Positions 54,950-64,000 of a DNA stretch of 64,000 nucleotides are shown here, one piece after another; position 1 is the first letter of the stretch; every line of letters starts with the position of its first letter. This DNA is from Auanema rhodensis (Eukaryota; Animalia; Nematoda). Below the pieces are notes generated by a model, which saw only the letters and a list, made by a program, of their open reading frames with translations, searched no databases and was not told the DNA's origin. The translations under genes and the position numbers were made by a program. Where the stretch lies: NCBI GenBank assembly GCA_964057225.1, contig OZ059894.1, forward strand, positions 19,282,001-19,346,000. Direction: 5' to 3'.

Positions 54950-57900
54950 AATTTCAAAATAATTTAGCAAAAAGTAGATGTTTTTAGATTCCTTTTTTCA
55001 AGGCAAAGACGATGGACAATGTTATTCAACGAAAAAATTAATTCTTCAGGGTGAAAATCGAGGATATAAGTGTGAACTTATATCAGTTGATATCTCGGTG
55101 CATTTTTAAGCTAGCGCAAATCTGATAACACAGATCGACGCAGCTTAAAAATCCGCATCGAATGCACTATACTACATTGAGAAACGCTTAATACAAAAAT
55201 TAGTTATGATCGTTTGAAAAATGATGCATTAGTGTATGTTGAGTTTCCATGTACACTCAACATTGCTTCCAAAAACATTTTGACAAAAATTTTTTCGAAA
55301 AATTTCAAAATAATTTAGCAAAAAGTAGATGTTTTTAGATTCCTTTTTTCAAGGCAAAGACGATGGACAATGTTATTCAACGAAAAAATTAATTCTTCAG
55401 GGTGAAAATCGAGGATATAAGTGTGAACTTATATCAGTTGATATCTCGGTGCATTTTTAAGCTAGCGCAAATCTGCTAACACAGATCGACGCAGCTTAAA
55501 AATCCGCATCGAATGCACTATACTACATTGAGAAACGCTTAATACAAAAATTAGTTATGATCGTTTGAAAAATGATGCATTAGTGTATGTTGAGTTTCCA
55601 TGTACACTCAACATTGCTTCCAAAAACATTTTGACAAAAATTTTTTCAAAAAATTTCAGAATAATTTAGCAAAAAGTAGATGTTTTTAGATTCCATTTTT
55701 CAAGGCAAAGACGATGGACAATGTTATTCAACGAAAAAATTAATTCTTCAGGGTGAAAATCGAGGATATAAGTGTGAACTTATATCAGTTGATATCTCGG
55801 TGCATTTTTAAGCTAGCGCAAATCTGATAACACAGATCGACGCAGCTTAAAAATCCGCATCGAATGCACTATACTACATTGAAAAACGCTTAATACAAAA
55901 ATTAGTTATGATCGTTCGAAAAATGATGCATTAGTGTATGTTGAGTTTCCATGTACACTCAACATTGCTTCCAAAAACATTTTGACAAAAATTTTTTCGA
56001 AAAATTTCAAAATAATTTAGCAAAAAGTAGATGTTTTTAGATTCCTTTTTTCAAGGCAAAGACGATGGACAATGTTATTCAACGAAAAAATTAATTCTTC
56101 AGGGTGAAAATCGAGGATATAAGTTTGAACTTATATCAGTTGATATCTCGGTGCATTTTTAAGCTAGCGCAAATCTGATAACACAGATCGACGCAGCTTA
56201 AAAATCCGCATCGAATGCACTATACTACATTGAAAAACGCTTAATACAAAAATTAGTTATGATCGTTCGAAAAATGATGCATTAGTGTATGTTGAGTTTC
56301 CATGTACACTCAACATTGCTTCCAAAAACATTTTGACAAAAATTTTTTCGAAAAATTTCAAAATAATTTAGCAAAAAGTAGATGTTTTTAGATTCCATTT
56401 TTCAAGGCAAAGACGATGGACAATGTTATTCAACGAAAAAATTAATTCTTCAGGGTGAAAATCGAGGATATAAGTGTGAACATATATATCAGTTGATATC
56501 TCGGTGCATTTTTAAGCTAGCGCAAATCTGATAACACAGATCGACGCAGCTTAAAAATCCGCATCGAATGCACTATACTACATTGAGAAACGCTTAATAC
56601 AAAAATTAGTTATGATCGTTCGAAAAATGATGCATTAGTGTATGTTGAGTTTCCATGTACACTCAACATTGCTTCCAAAAACATTTTGACAAAAATTTTT
56701 TCGAAAAATTTCAAAATAATTTAGCAAAAAGTAGATGTTTTTAGATTCCTTTTTTCAAGGCAAAGACGATGGACAATGTTATTCAACGAAAAAATTAATT
56801 CTTCAGGGTGAAAATCGAGGATATAAGTTTGAACTTATATCAGTTGATATCTCGGTGCATTTTTAAGCTAGCGCAAATCTGATAACACAGATCGACGCAG
56901 CTTAAAAATCCGCATCGAATGCACTATACTACATTGAAAAACGCTTAATACAAAAATTAGTTATGATCGTTCGAAAAATGATGCATTAGTGTATGTTGAG
57001 TTTCCATGTACACTCAACATTGCTTCCAAAAACATTTTGACAAAAAATTTTTTCGAAAAATTTCAAAATAATTTAGCAAAAAGTAGATGTTTTTAGATTC
57101 CATTTTTCAAGGCAAAGACGATGGACAATGTTATTCAACGAAAAAATTAATTCTTCAGGGTGAAAATCGAGGATATAAGTGTGAACTTATATCAGTTGAT
57201 ATCTCGGTGCATTTTTAAGCTAGCGCAAATCTGATAACACAGATCGACGCAGCTTAAAAATCCGCATCGAATGCACTATACTACATTGAGAAACGCTTAA
57301 TACAAAAATTAGTTATGATCGTTTGAAAAATGATGCATTAGTGTATGTTGAGTTTCCATGTACACTCAACATTGCTTCCAAAAACATTTTGACAAAAATT
57401 TTTTCGAAAAATTTCAGAATAATTTAGCAAAAAGTAGATGTTTTTAGATTCCATTTTTCAAGGCAAAGACGATGGACAATGTTATTCAACGAAAAAATTA
57501 ATTCTTCAGGGTGAAAATCGAGGATATAAGTTTGAACTTATATCAGTTGATATCTCGGTGCATTTTTAAGCTAGCGCAAATCTGATAACACAGATCGACG
57601 CAGCTTAAAAATCCGCATCGAATGCACTATACTACATTGAAAAACGCTTAATACAAAAATTAGTTATGATCGTTCGAAAAATGATGCATTAGTGTATGTT
57701 GAGTTTCCATGTACACTCAACATTGCTTCCAAAAACATTTTGACAAAAATTTTTTCGAAAAATTTCAAAATAATTTAGCAAAAAGTAGATGTTTTTAGAT
57801 TCCATTTTTCAAGGCAAAGACGATGGACAATGTTATTCAACGAAAAAATTAATTCTTCAGGGTGAAAATCGAGGATATAAGTGTGAACTTATATCAGTTG

Positions 57901-60780
57901 ATATCTCGGTGCATTTTTAAGCTAGCGCAAATCTGATAACACAGATCGACGCAGCTTAAAAATCCGCATCGAATGCACTATACTACATTGAGAAACGCTT
58001 AATACAAAAATTAGTTATGATCGTTTGAAAAATGATGCATTAGTGTATGTTGAGTTTCCATGTACACTCAACATTGCTTCCAAAAACATTTTGACAAAAA
58101 TTTTTTCGAAAAATTTCAAAATAATTTAGCAAAAAGTAGATGTTTTTAGATTCCTTTTTTCAAGGCAAAGACGATGGACAATGTTATTCAACGAAAAAAT
58201 TAATTCTTCAGGGTGAAAATCGAGGATATAAGTGTGAACTTATATCAGTTGATATCTCGGTGCATTTTTAAGCTAGCGCAAATCTGCTAACACAGATCGA
58301 CGCAGCTTAAAAATCCGCATCGAATGCACTATACTACATTGAGAAACGCTTAATACAAAAATTAGTTATGATCGTTTGAAAAATGATGCATTAGTGTATG
58401 TTGAGTTTCCATGTACACTCAACATTGCTTCCAAAAACATTTTGACAAAAATTTTTTCAAAAAATTTCAGAATAATTTAGCAAAAAGTAGATGTTTTTAG
58501 ATTCCATTTTTCAAGGCAAAGACGATGGACAATGTTATTCAACGAAAAAATTAATTCTTCAGGGTGAAAATCGAGGATATAAGTGTGAACTTATATCAGT
58601 TGATATCTCGGTGCATTTTTAAGCTAGCGCAAATCTGATAACACAGATCGACGCAGCTTAAAAATCCGCATCGAATGCACTATACTACATTGAAAAACGC
58701 TTAATACAAAAATTAGTTATGATCGTTCGAAAAATGATGCATTAGTGTATGTTGAGTTTCCATGTACACTCAACATTGCTTCCAAAAACATTTTGACAAA
58801 AATTTTTTCGAAAAATTTCAAAATAATTTAGCAAAAAGTAGATGTTTTTAGATTCCTTTTTTCAAGGCAAAGACGATGGACAATGTTATTCAACGAAAAA
58901 ATTAATTCTTCAGGGTGAAAATCGAGGATATAAGTTTGAACTTATATCAGTTGATATCTCGGTGCATTTTTAAGCTAGCGCAAATCTGATAACACAGATC
59001 GACGCAGCTTAAAAATCCGCATCGAATGCACTATACTACATTGAAAAACGCTTAATACAAAAATTAGTTATGATCGTTCGAAAAATGATGCATTAGTGTA
59101 TGTTGAGTTTCCATGTACACTCAACATTGCTTCCAAAAACATTTTGACAAAAATTTTTTCGAAAAATTTCAAAATAATTTAGCAAAAAGTAGATGTTTTT
59201 AGATTCCATTTTTCAAGGCAAAGACGATGGACAATGTTATTCAACGAAAAAATTAATTCTTCAGGGTGAAAATCGAGGATATAAGTGTGAACATATATAT
59301 CAGTTGATATCTCGGTGCATTTTTAAGCTAGCGCAAATCTGATAACACAGATCGACGCAGCTTAAAAATCCGCATCGAATGCACTATACTACATTGAGAA
59401 ACGCTTAATACAAAAATTAGTTATGATCGTTCGAAAAATGATGCATTAGTGTATGTTGAGTTTCCATGTACACTCAACATTGCTTCCAAAAACATTTTGA
59501 CAAAAATTTTTTCGAAAAATTTCAAAATAATTTAGCAAAAAGTAGATGTTTTTAGATTCCTTTTTTCAAGGCAAAGACGATGGACAATGTTATTCAACGA
59601 AAAAATTAATTCTTCAGGGTGAAAATCGAGGATATAAGTTTGAACTTATATCAGTTGATATCTCGGTGCATTTTTAAGCTAGCGCAAATCTGATAACACA
59701 GATCGACGCAGCTTAAAAATCCGCATCGAATGCACTATACTACATTGAAAAACGCTTAATACAAAAATTAGTTATGATCGTTCGAAAAATGATGCATTAG
59801 TGTATGTTGAGTTTCCATGTACACTCAACATTGCTTCCAAAAACATTTTGACAAAAAATTTTTTCGAAAAATTTCAAAATAATTTAGCAAAAAGTAGATG
59901 TTTTTAGATTCCATTTTTCAAGGCAAAGACGATGGACAATGTTATTCAACGAAAAAATTAATTCTTCAGGGTGAAAATCGAGGATATAAGTGTGAACTTA
60001 TATCAGTTGATATCTCGGTGCATTTTTAAGCTAGCGCAAATCTGATAACACAGATCGACGCAGCTTAAAAATCCGCATCGAATGCACTATACTACATTGA
60101 GAAACGCTTAATACAAAAATTAGTTATGATCGTTTGAAAAATGATGCATTAGTGTATGTTGAGTTTCCATGTACACTCAACATTGCTTCCAAAAACATTT
60201 TGACAAAAATTTTTTCGAAAAATTTCAGAATAATTTAGCAAAAAGTAGATGTTTTTAGATTCCATTTTTCAAGGCAAAGACGATGGACAATGTTATTCAA
60301 CGAAAAAATTAATTCTTCAGGGTGAAAATCGAGGATATAAGTTTGAACTTATATCAGTTGATATCTCGGTGCATTTTTAAGCTAGCGCAAATCTGATAAC
60401 ACAGATCGACGCAGCTTAAAAATCCGCATCGAATGCACTATACTACATTGAAAAACGCTTAATACAAAAATTAGTTATGATCGTTCGAAAAATGATGCAT
60501 TAGTGTATGTTGAGTTTCCATGTACACTCAACATTGCTTCCAAAAACATTTTGACAAAAATTTTTTCGAAAAATTTCAAAATAATTTAGCAAAAAGTAGA
60601 TGTTTTTAGATTCCATTTTTCAAGGCAAAGACGATGGACAATGTTATTCAACGAAAAAATTAATTCTTCAGGGTGAAAATCGAGGATATAAGTGTGAACT
60701 TATATCAGTTGATATCTCGGTGCATTTTTAAGCTAGCGCAAATCTGATAACACAGATCGACGCAGCTTAAAAATCCGCAT
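54950..60780. repeat. 8-mer (2811 bp) tandem duplication
   Basis: A 2-bp insertion (catatatatc at 56481/59292), a 1-bp insertion (caaaaaattt at 57041/59852) and the atctgctaac variant (55471/58282) are all 2811 bp apart (=8x351+3). Block edges are approximate. Confidence 0.9.
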
Positions 60781-63301
60781 CGAATGCACTATACTACATT
60801 GAAAAACGCTTAATACAAAAATTAGTTATGATCGTTCGAAAAATGATGCATTAGTGTATGTTGAGTTTCCATGTACACTCAACATTGCTTCCAAAAACAT
60901 TTTGACAAAAATTTTTTCGAAAAATTTCAGAATAATTTAGCAAAAAGTAGATGTTTTTAGATTCCTTTTTTCAAGGCAAAGACGATGGTCAATGTTATTC
61001 AACGAAAAAATCAATTCTTCAGGGTGAAAATCGAGGATATAAGTGTGAACTTATATCAGTTGATATCTCGGTGCATTTTTAAGCTAGCGCAAATCTGATA
61101 ACACAGATCGACGCAGCTTAAAAATCCGCATCGAATGCACTATACTACATTGAGAAACGCTTAATACAAAAATTAGTTATGATCGTTTGAAAAATGATGC
61201 ATTAGTGTATGTTGAGTTTCCATGTACACTCAACATTGCTTCCAAAAACATTTTGACAAAAATTTTTTCAAGAAATTTCAAAATAATTTAGCAAAAAGTA
61301 GATGTTTTTAGATTCCTTTTTTCAAGGCAAAGACGATGGACAATGTTATTCAACGAAAAAATTAATTCTTCAGGGTGAAAATCGAGGATATAAGTGTGAA
61401 CTTATATCAGTTGATATCTCGGTGCATTTTTAAGCTAGCGCAAATCTGATAACACAGATCGACGCAGCTTAAAAATCCGCATCGAATGCACTATACTACA
61501 TTGAGAAACGCTTAATACAAAAATTAGTTATGATCGTTTGAAAAATGATGCATTAGTGTATGTTGAGTTTCCATGTACACTCAACATTGCTTCCAAAAAC
61601 ATTTTGACAAAAATTTTTTCGAAAAATTTCAAAATAATTTAGCAAAAAGTAGATGTTTTTAGATTCCTTTTTTCAAGGCAAAGACGATGGACAATGTTAT
61701 TCAACGAAAAAATTAATTCTTCAGGGTGAAAATCGAGGATATAAGTGTGAACTTATATCAGTTGATATCTCGGTGCATTTTTAAGCTAGCGCAAATCTGC
61801 TAACACAGATCGACGCAGCTTAAAAATCCGCATCGAATGCACTATACTACATTGAGAAACGCTTAATACAAAAATTAGTTATGATCGTTTGAAAAATGAT
61901 GCATTAGTGTATGTTGAGTTTCCATGTACACTCAACATTGCTTCCAAAAACATTTTGACAAAAATTTTTTCAAAAAATTTCAGAATAATTTAGCAAAAAG
62001 TAGATGTTTTTAGATTCCATTTTTCAAGGCAAAGACGATGGACAATGTTATTCAACGAAAAAATTAATTCTTCAGGGTGAAAATCGAGGATATAAGTGTG
62101 AACTTATATCAGTTGATATCTCGGTGCATTTTTAAGCTAGCGCAAATCTGATAACACAGATCGACGCAGCTTAAAAATCCGCATCGAATGCACTATACTA
62201 CATTGAAAAACGCTTAATACAAAAATTAGTTATGATCGTTCGAAAAATGATGCATTAGTGTATGTTGAGTTTCCATGTACACTCAACATTGCTTCCAAAA
62301 ACATTTTGACAAAAATTTTTTCGAAAAATTTCAAAATAATTTAGCAAAAAGTAGATGTTTTTAGATTCCTTTTTTCAAGGCAAAGACGATGGACAATGTT
62401 ATTCAACGAAAAAATTAATTCTTCAGGGTGAAAATCGAGGATATAAGTTTGAACTTATATCAGTTGATATCTCGGTGCATTTTTAAGCTAGCGCAAATCT
62501 GATAACACAGATCGACGCAGCTTAAAAATCCGCATCGAATGCACTATACTACATTGAAAAACGCTTAATACAAAAATTAGTTATGATCGTTCGAAAAATG
62601 ATGCATTAGTGTATGTTGAGTTTCCATGTACACTCAACATTGCTTCCAAAAACATTTTGACAAAAATTTTTTCGAAAAATTTCAAAATAATTTAGCAAAA
62701 AGTAGATGTTTTTAGATTCCATTTTTCAAGGCAAAGACGATGGACAATGTTATTCAACGAAAAAATTAATTCTTCAGGGTGAAAATCGAGGATATAAGTG
62801 TGAACTTATATCAGTTGATATCTCGGTGCATTTTTAAGCTAGCGCAAATCTGATAACACAGATCGACGCAGCTTAAAAATCCGCATCGAATGCACTATAC
62901 TACATTGAGAAACGCTTAATACAAAAATTAGTTATGATCGTTTGAAAAATGATGCATTAGTGTATGTTGAGTTTCCATGTACACTCAACATTGCTTCCAA
63001 AAACATTTTGACAAAAATTTTTTCGAAAAATTTCAGAATAATTTAGCAAAAAGTAGATGTTTTTAGATTCCATTTTTCAAGGCAAAGACGATGGACAATG
63101 TTATTCAACGAAAAAATTAATTCTTCAGGGTGAAAATCGAGGATATAAGTTTGAACTTATATCAGTTGATATCTCGGTGCATTTTTAAGCTAGCGCAAAT
63201 CTGATAACACAGATCGACGCAGCTTAAAAATCCGCATCGAATGCACTATACTACATTGAAAAACGCTTAATACAAAAATTAGTTATGATCGTTCGAAAAA
63301 T

Positions 63302-63463
63302 GATGCATTAGTGTATGTTGAGTTTCCATGTACACTCAACATTGCTTCCAAAAACATTAAATCTGATAACACAGATCGACGCAGCTTAAAAATCCGCATC
63401 GAATGCACTATACTACATTGAAAAACGCTTAATACAAAAATTAGTTATGATTGTTCGAAAAAT
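63302..63463. repeat. Truncated 162-bp monomer (189-bp deletion)
   Basis: Junction aaaacatt|aaatctgataac at 63358/9; gatgca occurs at 63302 and next at 63464. Confidence 0.95.
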
Positions 63464-64000
63464 GATGCATTAGTGTATGTTGAGTTTCCATGTACACTCA
63501 ACATTGCTTCCAAAAACATTTTGACAAAAATTTTTTCGAAAAATTTCAAAATAATTTAGCAAAAAGTAGATGTTTTTAGATTCCATTTTTCAAGGCAAAG
63601 ACGATGGTCAATGTTATTCAACGAAAAAATCAAATCTTCAGGGTGAAAATCGAGGATATAAGTGTGAACTTATATCAGTTGATATCTCGGTGCATTTTTA
63701 AGCTAGCGCAAATCTGATAACACAGATCGACGCAGCTTAAAAATCCGCATCGAATGCACTATACTACATTGAGAAACGCTCAATACAAAATATAGTTATG
63801 ATCGTTTGAAAAATGATGCATTAGTGTATGTTGAGTTTCCATGTACACTCAACATTGCTTCCAAAAACATTTTGACAAAAATTTTTTCGAAAAATTTCAG
63901 AATAATTTAGCAAAAAGTAGATGTTTTTAGATTCCATTTTTCAAGGCAAAGACGATGGACAATGTTATTCAACGAAAAAATTAATTCTTCAGGGTGAAAA

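Larger units (their letters stand above)
2428..64000. repeat. 351-bp satellite DNA array, ~176 tandem head-to-tail monomers, right end not reached
   Basis: gatgcattag recurs at 2431, 2782, 3133, 3484... (period 351). Monomers differ by only a few substitutions. Manual count gives ~110 G+C per 351 bp (31%). No inversion or foreign insertion was seen in 61.5 kb. Confidence 0.99.

Noticed and set aside
2428-64000. CRISPR-like array or RT-associated variable cassette
   Set aside because: No unique spacers; the whole 351-bp unit repeats, differences are scattered substitutions, and the RT is a eukaryotic DIRS-type enzyme.

Overview
Eukaryotic (probably invertebrate) repetitive DNA in two parts. 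(1) 1..~2430, minus strand: the 5' half of an apparently intact tyrosine-recombinase-type (DIRS/PAT-like) retrotransposon. My manual translation gives one stop-free reading frame from ATG 2252 off the left edge of the window (750 codons), fusing a Gag-like region, reverse transcriptase (LPFGLSSAP, YLDD) and RNase H (TSDASLEGFGA, HINWLEL, DNTSAIAYINRRGG). The supplied ORF track misses it, presumably because its stop lies outside the window. (2) 2428..64000: a highly homogeneous head-to-tail satellite of 351-bp monomers (~176 copies, ~31% GC) running off the right edge. It has local 2- to 8-mer higher-order repeats, a few deletion monomers and several dyad symmetries per monomer. The element abuts undegraded satellite at a shared AAT trinucleotide, which suggests a recent recombinase-mediated insertion into a centromere/heterochromatin-like array. 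All ORFs in the supplied track look spurious.
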